Shown here piece after piece: positions 1-8,350 of a stretch of 48,590 bases of DNA. Below the pieces are notes generated by a model that was given only the letters and a program-made list of their open reading frames with translations, made no database searches and was not told where the DNA came from. The position numbers were made by a program, and so were the translations under genes. Every line of letters begins with the position of its first letter. Within the stretch, counting starts at the first letter, position 1. This stretch comes from a virus (taxonomy: Duplodnaviria; Caudoviricetes), in IMG/VR virus record IMGVR_UViG_3300038334_000158, positions 1-48,590 of that record. One strand, given 5' to 3'.

Positions 1-768
1 TCAATTCCTCCCCATTCCTTTTTCAAACGCTTTTTTCAATGGTTGAATATTCTGGCCTATGTAGTGTAGTTCAGCGGTAACTGAATATGAGGCGCCAACA
101 GGTGTACTTATTATAGATTGCTCTTTGGGTATATGCCTAATGTTGGTTGGATGGGATTCCCCCGGGGGGATGTAATACCGGAAGTGAATCCCATCAACCA
201 TAATTATAGTAGGTAATTTATCTATAATTTCTTTTATTCTTTCAATACTGAAGAACGGGCAAAGTGATACGCCACTATGCTCAGCACGGTTTTTTAATAC
301 CGCAAACAGCTGTTCCTTGTCAACTTTCCAGATAGTTTGGCTTTCAAACGCTCCAAGGTTGTACCAGTACCGGCCATTACGTTCAAAATTACCAGTACCT
401 CTAAGCATTCTACCCGGAACACTGGTTAACCGGTGACACCCCCACTCTTCAATATCAATATCAGGCCAACAATAAATTGAATTACCAAATTCAATTTTTC
501 TTTTTGCACACTCCCCTATGTTTCTCCATGCATTAAATAAAAAATCGAAAGCTTTAACCTCTTTATTATTATACCATGCTTTAAGGCCCTTCCATTTTTG
601 AACTAAAACAAGCAAAGGAACAAGTTTCTGGTATGCCTCCAACAGTTCATATTCCGGTATCTCTAAAACAGCCACATCACCATTTAAGGTTCCGCCAAGA
701 CCCCGGACTATTTCAACAGCCTTTTCGAAATACTTTGAAGAGTTTCTGGAGAATGTAAGCCTGAACAT
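1..768 (-). CDS. Hypothetical protein, four spaced Cys (possible metal binding); last gene of leftward accessory operon
   Basis: 255-aa ORF abutting 770..1495; no family recognised. Confidence 0.75.
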   Translation of the reverse strand: MFRLTFSRNSSKYFEKAVEIVRGLGGTLNGDVAVLEIPEYELLEAYQKLVPLLVLVQKWKGLKAWYNNKEVKAFDFLFNAWRNIGECAKRKIEFGNSIYCWPDIDIEEWGCHRLTSVPGRMLRGTGNFERNGRYWYNLGAFESQTIWKVDKEQLFAVLKNRAEHSGVSLCPFFSIERIKEIIDKLPTIIMVDGIHFRYYIPPGESHPTNIRHIPKEQSIISTPVGASYSVTAELHYIGQNIQPLKKAFEKGMGRN

Positions 769-769
769 T

Positions 770-1495
770 TTATTGTAATTGAGCTATTAATTTTTCACGG
801 TTCTTCTTAAATTCAGTAATGTAATCATTAGATTTTTTTGATGTGTATTCAATGTACATAACCATCAATACACCTTCATAAACTTGAATTGCAACAACCA
901 TTTCATTATTACGGTACATAACAATATCATCTGCCACGCCAAAAGGGTTGTACCTTTCTTTAAAAAATGTAGAAAAGTCAGTACTGTTAACAGTTAATAT
1001 GTTGTCTGAAAGAATGTAAGAAGCAGATGTCAGTTTTTGGCTTTCGAAAATATACATTAAATAATCAACATATATACTGCTACCTTCATATAAAAGTCCA
1101 TCGGTAATTTCGTTCAATAAATTACTAGGTTCGTTTTCTTTTACATAGGTCATTGAGGACCCAAAGTCCACAATAGGTTCCTTAAAATAATCAAAATACG
1201 GTTTTATGGTTACCTTGGAAAATGCTTCTTTATCGGTGGTTTTAGCCTTTATATCTGTTTCACCAATATGCTGGCCGCTTACACTCCCCTCTTGGTTTAC
1301 TTTTGCAATATATTCATCGCTTGAAAACCAAAGAATTTCACTATTTTCAGGTGTTACGGTGTAGCTTAATTTATACGATTCATCGTAATGAATTGTAATT
1401 GAACTTGAATTAAGATCCAAGCTTGATTTAGCTTCATCCTTGGTGCAGGATATTAACATGGCAAAAATGCCTAGTAGGATAATTGAATTTTTCAT
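770..1495 (-). CDS. Lipoprotein with bacterial Ig-like (Big_2-type) domain
   Basis: Signal peptide II MKNSIILLGIFAMLISC; motif WFSSDEYIAKVNQEGSVSGQHIGETDIKA typical of Big_2. Confidence 0.8.
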   Translation of the reverse strand: MKNSIILLGIFAMLISCTKDEAKSSLDLNSSSITIHYDESYKLSYTVTPENSEILWFSSDEYIAKVNQEGSVSGQHIGETDIKAKTTDKEAFSKVTIKPYFDYFKEPIVDFGSSMTYVKENEPSNLLNEITDGLLYEGSSIYVDYLMYIFESQKLTSASYILSDNILTVNSTDFSTFFKERYNPFGVADDIVMYRNNEMVVAIQVYEGVLMVMYIEYTSKKSNDYITEFKKNREKLIAQLQ

Positions 1496-1557
1496 AGTAC
1501 TAATGGTTTTGGTTTATAAATTTATTTGCTCATTCCATATAATAATTAGTTAAAAAA

Positions 1558-1896
1558 TTACACTTTCAATACCATCTTACAAACCTCATTCAATTCTTCA
1601 TTTGTAATGTTAGCCTTTCCTATTAAATCACTCTCCGACCTTTTGATTTGCTTTTCCAGGTCTTCAACCTTAGAGTAAAAGCTAGAATAATAATTTGCTA
1701 CAGTGGCTAAATACTCAATTGTAGCTTCTTTATAGTTATTACTGTTTGCAATGATTTTTGCAATAGCTTTATTTTTCAAATAAGAATTTGAATTTTGCTT
1801 TAGTCTTATTTTTCTGACATCAACAGATAACCGGATGAAAAAAATAATAAGTACAATAGAAATAATTCCTGCAATTAGTAATCCATCATCGTTCAT
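1558..1896 (-). CDS. Small membrane-anchored protein
   Basis: N-terminal hydrophobic helix LLIAGIISIVLIIFFI followed by basic residues. Confidence 0.7.
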   Translation of the reverse strand: MNDDGLLIAGIISIVLIIFFIRLSVDVRKIRLKQNSNSYLKNKAIAKIIANSNNYKEATIEYLATVANYYSSFYSKVEDLEKQIKRSESDLIGKANITNEELNEVCKMVLKV

Positions 1897-2144
1897 TGTG
1901 TATTCATTTTATATTGTTCAAATAAACTGGGCCTGGTATAAAAGTACTCTTTCCCGCTAAACTCAGCTTCAAAATAATCATCAAACATATCTTCCGGTAT
2001 TCTGGTTTCATCAAGACCAATGGTACTAATCTTTACAAAACCTTCCCAAATTTTAAATACAGGATAAAACAGGGCCTTTCCGATTAGGGTAAGCATGAAG
2101 CCTATTAATATACAACTAACCAAAAACGAAACAACATTTAACAT
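1893..2144 (-). CDS. Small membrane protein
   Basis: N-terminal hydrophobic segment; 4-nt overlap with the next gene. Confidence 0.6.
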   Translation of the reverse strand: MLNVVSFLVSCILIGFMLTLIGKALFYPVFKIWEGFVKISTIGLDETRIPEDMFDDYFEAEFSGKEYFYTRPSLFEQYKMNTQ

Positions 2145-2255
2145 AACAATAAACTATATACAAATGCGTTAATGCAAACAATGGGAAAAGCTTCTAAATA
2201 CAGGGTTCGGTGCCTACTGCATTGTTGCGGTATGCCCCCCTATTGTAAATAACTT

Positions 2256-2672
2256 TTAACCGGTTTGTTTATTTATAAGGCCTAGTTTTTCTCTAAGTAA
2301 ATCATTTTCATTCCTTAACAATTCAATAATAGTGTCTTTATCTTCAAGTTGCCTTTTCAATGTATTAATTAATGCAATTTTATCATCCTTTGATTCGTAA
2401 ACAACGCTTTGTTCTCTAAGCTCATGCAATAAAGGGGTGAAATCAGGATAAGTTTTATTTGATTCTTTTTTTAAAATATCAATAAAATCGGGTTTTCTAT
2501 ATTTTAGCAATATATCACCAAAATGTTTATATAGTAGATTGAATTTATCTTCGCTTAATGGTCTTTTGCCGCTTTCAATTGCAGAAATATAGGGTTGTGC
2601 AACTCCAAGAATTTCACAAATAGTAGATTGCTTAATTTTATTATCCTTCCTAAATTTCTTTAAATCAATCAT
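2256..2672 (-). CDS. XRE-family HTH repressor (CI-like) with C-terminal coiled coil, no S24 peptidase domain
   Basis: LKKFRKDNKIKQSTICEILGVAQPYISAIESGKRPLS HTH; divergent from the early operon. Confidence 0.85.
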   Translation of the reverse strand: MIDLKKFRKDNKIKQSTICEILGVAQPYISAIESGKRPLSEDKFNLLYKHFGDILLKYRKPDFIDILKKESNKTYPDFTPLLHELREQSVVYESKDDKIALINTLKRQLEDKDTIIELLRNENDLLREKLGLINKQTG

Positions 2673-2715
2673 TTGAAAAATATTTTAAAAAATATATTCA
2701 TTTTTATAATCTTTT

Positions 2716-2748
2716 CTTGTTTATATATAATCTTTTTGTTTATATTTG
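2716..2748 (+). promoter_or_regulatory. Rightward early promoter, Bacteroidota sigma70 type, overlapped by direct repeats
   Basis: CTTG (2716-19), 21-nt spacer, TATATTTG (2741-48), matching the -33 TTTG / -7 TAnnTTTG consensus. Confidence 0.65.
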
Positions 2749-2773
2749 TAACACAGATTTAATAATAAACATC

Positions 2774-2959
2774 ATGCAAGAATTATTAGAAACAATTAAG
2801 CAAGACTTTAAAGACCATTCAGAAAAATTGGGCGGGCTTTCAAGCAACGACAAATTGACCATTTTTAATTACCACACCTTGCACTTACAGGTATTAAACC
2901 CTACTCCACAAGATGAGGAAACCCTATGGCAATTGCGACAACGCCTATTGTTAAAATAA
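2774..2959 (+). CDS. Small hypothetical protein between the convergent promoters
   Basis: ATG at 2774 after an A-rich leader is preferred over the TTG at 2717, which lies inside the promoter. Confidence 0.55.
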   Translation: MQELLETIKQDFKDHSEKLGGLSSNDKLTIFNYHTLHLQVLNPTPQDEETLWQLRQRLLLK

Positions 2960-2968
2960 CTCTTGATA

Positions 2969-3000
2969 CAAACTTAAGCAATGTTAACAATATAAACAAT
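2969..3000 (-). promoter_or_regulatory. Leftward promoter pointing toward the repressor
   Basis: Minus strand reads ATTG-N20-TAAGTTTG. Confidence 0.55.
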
Positions 3001-3008
3001 ACTATAAA

Positions 3009-3236
3009 ATGAGTAAAAAAAGCTTTGCCCTGGCATACGGAAACTTGCCCGGCAACATACAGAGTAATGTAAGAGACGAAATTATGAGCCAGTGTGGGTG
3101 GGCAACGCCTCAGTATTTTTCAATGAAGAAAAACCACACCCGCGCCCTTACCGATGAAGAGTCGGAGAAAGTTGAAGCTGTGTTTGAAAAGTATGGTTTC
3201 AACGCCTGGACCGGTGAACCCATTAAAGTAGCCTAA
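3009..3236 (+). CDS. Cro-like small DNA-binding protein
   Basis: 75 aa, position opposite the repressor, helical HTH-like pattern. Confidence 0.6.
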   Translation: MSKKSFALAYGNLPGNIQSNVRDEIMSQCGWATPQYFSMKKNHTRALTDEESEKVEAVFEKYGFNAWTGEPIKVA

Positions 3237-3238
3237 CC

Positions 3239-3562
3239 ATGAGTGCTGTACTTTCTGATACCGAATTGCAAATTATCAAACTCCGTTTAATGGGATTTAC
3301 ACGCAAAGAAATTGCGGACAAAACACACCGGAGTGAGCTAACCATCAAAACTCATTATCAGAATATAATGAATAAGCTTAATGCTAATGATGAGTTACAG
3401 ATTTACATCCGTGTTCTGGAAGATTATGCCGGTATCAACATTAAGAAAATTATCATCGGGGCTATTGCAGTTATAGTGGTTATCGGTCTTCAGTTTCTTT
3501 TTATTGATGAATCGTTCTGGCAAAATGTAAAGGCTTTTATTTCAACGTATATAAATTTCTAA
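3239..3562 (+). CDS. LuxR-type HTH protein with C-terminal transmembrane helix
   Basis: LSDTELQIIKLRLMGFTRKEIADKTHRSELTIKTHYQNIMNKL; hydrophobic IIIGAIAVIVVIGLQFLFI. Confidence 0.8.
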   Translation: MSAVLSDTELQIIKLRLMGFTRKEIADKTHRSELTIKTHYQNIMNKLNANDELQIYIRVLEDYAGINIKKIIIGAIAVIVVIGLQFLFIDESFWQNVKAFISTYINF

Positions 3563-3563
3563 T

Positions 3564-3854
3564 ATGGTTCTTACTGTAACTGACATACAATTAGAAAAAA
3601 TACTCCGAAAAGCTTATTTGCTTGGAGAGCAAAATGGAGAGGAAAAAACGCTCATTCACCAAGGCAAATTACCGGAATATGTACGAAAAACCGAAGCCGA
3701 AACAAGAATAGGCAAACCAACCTACCAACGTGCTGTTGATGCCGGGTACCTAAATGAGAGAAAACTGGACCCGACAAAAAAGAACAGCCCCATAGTGGTT
3801 AGCCGTAAGGACTTGAATTATGTAGAGAAAATAATGAGTAACCCTAATTTTTAA
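3564..3854 (+). CDS. Hypothetical, possibly excisionase-like DNA-binding protein
   Basis: Size, position and weak winged-helix-like pattern. Confidence 0.5.
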   Translation: MVLTVTDIQLEKILRKAYLLGEQNGEEKTLIHQGKLPEYVRKTEAETRIGKPTYQRAVDAGYLNERKLDPTKKNSPIVVSRKDLNYVEKIMSNPNF

Positions 3855-3858
3855 TACT

Positions 3859-4134
3859 ATGGAAGCAGTATTTGTAGCAAACCCAACCCGGTACAGAGAA
3901 TTTAACTGGTTGCTGGGTACAAACGAAACCATTAAGCCAAGAATTGAACACAAGTTCAGGAGGCTTGAGAAAGCCAGTGAGTTCAGTTGCCCAAAATGTA
4001 ACTCAACTAACATTCACCGGTATTACATTGACGAACAGTGTAATGAAATAGCGCCAAACAATAACCCACTTTCGAAACAGGGGAAATGCCTTGACTGTGG
4101 CTGCGATGATGAACTTTCAATCTTTATCATATGA
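3859..4134 (+). CDS. Zinc-ribbon protein
   Basis: CPKC ... CLDC pairs. Confidence 0.7.
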   Translation: MEAVFVANPTRYREFNWLLGTNETIKPRIEHKFRRLEKASEFSCPKCNSTNIHRYYIDEQCNEIAPNNNPLSKQGKCLDCGCDDELSIFII

Positions 4135-4337
4135 ACGCTACAGCACACTCCGAAATTTTCGAAGACATAATCAGCAGCGATTTACTATTCAATGTTGATT
4201 TACGCAGGAACCGAATTACAGTTGAATTTAAAGGTAAGCATGTAATTCACCAGCCCAAAGAGCCTATTACAACAGGCGAATATTACGAATACAAAAAACG
4301 GACAATCAAACAATTGACCGGAGAAGATTATAACTAA
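4131..4337 (+). CDS. Hypothetical protein
   Basis: ATGA overlap with the upstream gene. Confidence 0.65.
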   Translation: MNATAHSEIFEDIISSDLLFNVDLRRNRITVEFKGKHVIHQPKEPITTGEYYEYKKRTIKQLTGEDYN

Positions 4338-4358
4338 ACATTTTAAAGGAGAGAGAAA

Positions 4359-5321
4359 ATGGACCGAAAGAATTTTTTTAACAAAGAACTTCCAACGCTC
4401 AAGCCTGTTGAAATTATCGAACACCCAGTTACCGAAAAAAGGTTTGTCGATATTTTTACCCAGATTCATGGTAGCGATGGACTGATTGCCTATGAAAGGG
4501 AAAAGTTTTATTTCTCAAAGATTCTCACTGAGAATCCGGAACTGGCACAATGCACACCCTTATCGTTGTTCAGCGTATTTTTAGATGTTGCAACCAAAGG
4601 TTTAACGCTTGACAACGGTAGTAAAGCCCTATGTTACATTACGTTTAGGAATGCTAAAATTAAAACCAAAAACGAAAAAAACGAAACCGTTGACAAATGG
4701 GAAAAAAGGGCCTTACTTGATATTTCGGGCTACGGTGAACTTGTACTACGCGAACGTGCCGGACAAGTTCGGTATGCCGACAATCCGGAGGTAATTTATG
4801 AAGGTGAAGAGTATGTTCAGGAAAACACACCCGATGGAGCCCGTATATACCACAAGATAACTCACCCGCGCCCTACCACTAAGATAATACTGATTTACGT
4901 GAGAATTGTACGGCCTGATGGTTCGGTAACATTTGGAACCCTTGACCAAGAGGGTATTGAGCGCCTTAAAAACTATTCAGCTGAAAACAATGGTAAGTGG
5001 GTTAAAGATGCCACCAACAACGACAAGCTGGTAAAGGTAAAGGGTGAAGCAAACCGGCTTTATGATGATATCGGTTTTTTAAAAGCCAAATGTTTAAAAC
5101 ACGCTTTCCTTTCGTTTCCAAAACTTAAGCTAAATAATTTTTCAGCTCTTGAGGCTGTTGAATCACCCGAAGATTTAGGATTACCTGCTGACGTGGTTAA
5201 AGAAACCAGCGTACCTAAAGATGAACCTAAAGCTGAACCTAAAGCCGAAAAGGCTAATACCGATGATTTTCCTGATAATAATCAGGGAGTTACTGTAAAC
5301 GATGATGATATGTTATTTTAA
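4359..5321 (+). CDS. recT: RecT/Redbeta-family single-strand annealing protein
   Basis: LAQCTPLSLFSVFLDVATKGLTL, ISGYGELVLRERAG, VIYEGEEY and KAKCLKHAF motifs; acidic tail. Confidence 0.8.
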   Translation: MDRKNFFNKELPTLKPVEIIEHPVTEKRFVDIFTQIHGSDGLIAYEREKFYFSKILTENPELAQCTPLSLFSVFLDVATKGLTLDNGSKALCYITFRNAKIKTKNEKNETVDKWEKRALLDISGYGELVLRERAGQVRYADNPEVIYEGEEYVQENTPDGARIYHKITHPRPTTKIILIYVRIVRPDGSVTFGTLDQEGIERLKNYSAENNGKWVKDATNNDKLVKVKGEANRLYDDIGFLKAKCLKHAFLSFPKLKLNNFSALEAVESPEDLGLPADVVKETSVPKDEPKAEPKAEKANTDDFPDNNQGVTVNDDDMLF

Positions 5322-5332
5322 AATCTACTGCC

Positions 5333-6523
5333 ATGAGTAATGAAATTCAAAAATACGAAAACTTCAATTCAATAGCCACACAGGCTCCAGAAGTATTGCA
5401 ACGTAACATAGGTTACATTGAACGTGCTGTTACAGCCGGTGAATCGCTGCTTGCAAAGGTCCAAAACAGTGGAATGAGCAAAGAAATGGATTCTGAGATA
5501 AACAGCCACCTTGTTAAACTAAAAGCTGTAAAAAAGGATGTAGAGGAAAAGCGCAAGCCTATCACAAGCATATTACAGGCAATAAGCAAATCGTTCACCG
5601 AAGCTGAACAGTTACTTGACCCCAAACGCCCTGAAACAACTTATTTCAGGCTTCAAAAATACCGCGATGATTATGCCCGACAATTAGCTGAAGAGGCTGC
5701 CAAAGTTGAGCGTGAAAAGCAATTGAAAATTAACCAGGATAAAGAACGTGCCGAGCTTAAGGCCAACGTTATTGAGCACGTGAACATTAAGTTTGCCGCT
5801 TATAGCACTGAGGTAAAAACTGAATTGCGTTCAATTTTTAACCAGATAACCTTAAAAGATTGGGCTGAAACTGTAAAGTTTATCAATGAATTTGATGCTG
5901 AAATTACCATTGAGGTTTACCGGACCTTTGTAATGCCATACTCTCCGCTTTATATAAGCAAAGAAGAGTCAGACAGCATTCGTAAAGAAACCATGTTACC
6001 CATGCGTGACGGGCTTAACGCAAAACTTAAAAAAGAACTGGCCGATTTAAAGCTTGAGATATCGAACGAATACCAGGCTAAAAAGAATGAACTGGAAGCT
6101 ATTGAAAAAGCCAGTGCATCTGAGAAAAAGCGCCTTGAGGCTGAGGCCAAAAAACGCGAAGCGGAAAAAGCGGCTGAAATTGCCCGCAAACAAAAAGAGG
6201 ATGAAGAGGCCGCCCGTGCAGCATCACAGCAACAAAAAACTGAAGCCAATATGGCCAACCTGTTTGATAACGCTGAGTCTGTTGATAAACCCAAACGCAC
6301 CGGCTATTTTATACTGCTAACCCACCCCATGGGATGGTTGCCAATAATGAACCTATGGTTTGAACAACAGGGAAAAAACATGAGCATTGACGATGCTGCA
6401 AAGGTAACCCTAGACCGCATGAAACGCTTTTGTGAAAGCCATGCCCACAAAACTGAAGAGTTCATAAAAAGTCCTTATCTGAAATATGAGGAAGAGTATA
6501 AACAAAAAGCAGTTACAGCCTAA
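5333..6523 (+). CDS. Coiled-coil phage protein in recombination module
   Basis: 396 aa with long E/K/A-rich helices; KKDVEEKRKPIT motif. Confidence 0.75.
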   Translation: MSNEIQKYENFNSIATQAPEVLQRNIGYIERAVTAGESLLAKVQNSGMSKEMDSEINSHLVKLKAVKKDVEEKRKPITSILQAISKSFTEAEQLLDPKRPETTYFRLQKYRDDYARQLAEEAAKVEREKQLKINQDKERAELKANVIEHVNIKFAAYSTEVKTELRSIFNQITLKDWAETVKFINEFDAEITIEVYRTFVMPYSPLYISKEESDSIRKETMLPMRDGLNAKLKKELADLKLEISNEYQAKKNELEAIEKASASEKKRLEAEAKKREAEKAAEIARKQKEDEEAARAASQQQKTEANMANLFDNAESVDKPKRTGYFILLTHPMGWLPIMNLWFEQQGKNMSIDDAAKVTLDRMKRFCESHAHKTEEFIKSPYLKYEEEYKQKAVTA

Positions 6524-7188
6524 TGGAACTAATTGTAAAAGACAACCCTCAGGTAATCCTTCCTGATGATTACTACAAGCATTCGGCTATGAGTAATTCA
6601 GATTTAGGATTACTTGAGGCAAAAACCCAGGATTTTGACCCCACCGAAGCATATGCTTTTGGTAACCTAGTTGACCACCTGATAACCGAACCTGAAAAGG
6701 TTGACGTTTACCGGAACTCATGCAACGGCCATATTTTTACAAACGAGCAAATGCAGCAAGCCATTAAAATGAAAGCTGCATTTATGCTAGACCCGCTTGC
6801 AAAACTAATGGTTGACAATGCCGATTGCCAACAGATTATGCATAAGTGGGTGCACCATAAAATTGGCAACATTGAGTTCACGCTTGATGCCCGGTGTAAG
6901 TGGGATTTATGGATGTCTAAATTTGGTTGGGGTGGTGACATTAAAACCACAACAGCCGAAACACAGGAACAATTTGAAGCCGCTTGCAGGCACTTCAAAT
7001 ACCCGCGTCAACGGTTTTTTTATATGACACTTGCTGGTAGTGAAAAAGATGTACTTATAGGTATCAGCAAAAAGAATTATAAGGTTTTCAAAATCACCAT
7101 TCGCAAGGGTGATGCTTTTTGGAACGAGGGCCGTGAGAATTATGAAAAGCTAGTGGTTGAATATTGGAAATTGTACGGAAATGAATGA
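6523..7188 (+). CDS. PD-(D/E)XK exonuclease (RecE/ExoVIII-like), likely partner of RecT
   Basis: AMSNSDL, FGNLVD, RCKWD...GDIKTT and YPRQRFFY motifs. Confidence 0.8.
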   Translation: MELIVKDNPQVILPDDYYKHSAMSNSDLGLLEAKTQDFDPTEAYAFGNLVDHLITEPEKVDVYRNSCNGHIFTNEQMQQAIKMKAAFMLDPLAKLMVDNADCQQIMHKWVHHKIGNIEFTLDARCKWDLWMSKFGWGGDIKTTTAETQEQFEAACRHFKYPRQRFFYMTLAGSEKDVLIGISKKNYKVFKITIRKGDAFWNEGRENYEKLVVEYWKLYGNE

Positions 7189-7588
7189 ATTAAGAACCAG
7201 CGTTGACGGGTTAAAAGAAGAGGCTGTTGAAATGCAGGAGTTTATTGAATCACCCTTTATGGATGATGTAAATAGTTGGATGTTGAGAGGTAATCAGCTT
7301 TGCGAATATATGGCCCGTAGCGGCAAATGTTTAGCCGATGCTAAATCACATTTGGCCGATAAAAAAAAGGCTTACATAACCGAAGATTTAATAAAGATTC
7401 TGAGTGGTTTTGGCGTATCGGCTACAGCACAAAAAGAGCTTATTAATAATGCTTGCGGTGACCTTGAAAGCCTTGTTACCTGGTTTGATAGGATTAACCG
7501 GACATGCACCCATCAAGTGGAATATATACGCTCCCTGATTAGTAAAGAGAAAGCAGAAATGCAGTTAAACAATATGAGAACGCATTAA
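7181..7588 (+). CDS. Hypothetical helical protein
   Basis: ATG at 7181 overlaps the exonuclease stop; in frame with the 7157 ORF. Confidence 0.7.
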   Translation: MNELRTSVDGLKEEAVEMQEFIESPFMDDVNSWMLRGNQLCEYMARSGKCLADAKSHLADKKKAYITEDLIKILSGFGVSATAQKELINNACGDLESLVTWFDRINRTCTHQVEYIRSLISKEKAEMQLNNMRTH

Positions 7589-7604
7589 AAAAGGAGAAAT
7601 TAAA

Positions 7605-7919
7605 ATGAAATTGTCAGATTTAGCTTCACTTCCTAATCTAAAAATAGAAGTATCAATTGATGACTTAAAAGAGTTCGCTCATGAGATAATTAAAGAATTC
7701 ATAAAGATCAATCAAGATGATAAAGACTATTTAATGAGTCTCGAAGAACTTCAAAGGTTTCTACCCGAAAATCCGGCAAGACAAACAGTTTATCAATGGA
7801 TTAGCAATCGGATGATTCCTTATGAGAAGCATGGTTCCCGCCTCTATTTTCGCAAATCAAAAATTAAAGAATGGCTCCATAACGGCAGACAAATGAACCA
7901 CCTAAACAAAGAGTTATGA
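7605..7919 (+). CDS. Excisionase/MerR-like HTH (HTH_17-type) protein
   Basis: MSLEELQRFL...ARQTVYQWISNRMIPYEKHGSRLYFRKSKIKEWL. Confidence 0.85.
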   Translation: MKLSDLASLPNLKIEVSIDDLKEFAHEIIKEFIKINQDDKDYLMSLEELQRFLPENPARQTVYQWISNRMIPYEKHGSRLYFRKSKIKEWLHNGRQMNHLNKEL

Positions 7920-8350
7920 TAGATATTACAAAACAAATTTATGAAGCTATAGATAAGCACGTGAAGGAATCACATAGATTGATGACAAAGCTTGAAAAAT
8001 CAATTTTATCAGATAAATTAAATATTCTGTTTAATGAATATGTGAATTTCGATAAAATTACCTTTGATTCTTTACCAAGTGCAGTAAGTCAGGTTATAGC
8101 TAATCAAAGAGCTATTATCGATCTTATTTCAAAAAAAGAAGATAAAGTAGAAAAAGAAGGTTACTTAACAGTTAACGAACTTACAAAGTACCTGCCGGAA
8201 AAACCCAGCAAACACACTGTTTATTCTTGGGTCTTTTATCGTAAAATACCATTTCAAAAGAATGGCCGTAAATCACTCTTATTTAAAAAATCTGAAATCG
8301 ACGAGTGGCTCCATAGTGGTAGACAAATGAATCATTTAAAAAATGACTAA
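7916..8350 (+). CDS. Excisionase/MerR-like HTH (HTH_17-type) protein, paralog of upstream gene
   Basis: LTVNELTKYL...SKHTVYSWVFYRKIPFQKNGRKSLLFKKSEIDEWL. Confidence 0.85.
   Translation: MIDITKQIYEAIDKHVKESHRLMTKLEKSILSDKLNILFNEYVNFDKITFDSLPSAVSQVIANQRAIIDLISKKEDKVEKEGYLTVNELTKYLPEKPSKHTVYSWVFYRKIPFQKNGRKSLLFKKSEIDEWLHSGRQMNHLKND

Noticed and set aside
2201-2242. GC-rich imperfect hairpin downstream of the repressor
   Set aside because: Pairing is imperfect and there is no clear U tract on the minus strand; cannot call a terminator or sRNA.
5211-5250. 12-bp tandem repeat (GAACCTAAAGCT-like)
   Set aside because: Encodes the low-complexity EPKA linker of RecT; no sign of a separate DNA function.
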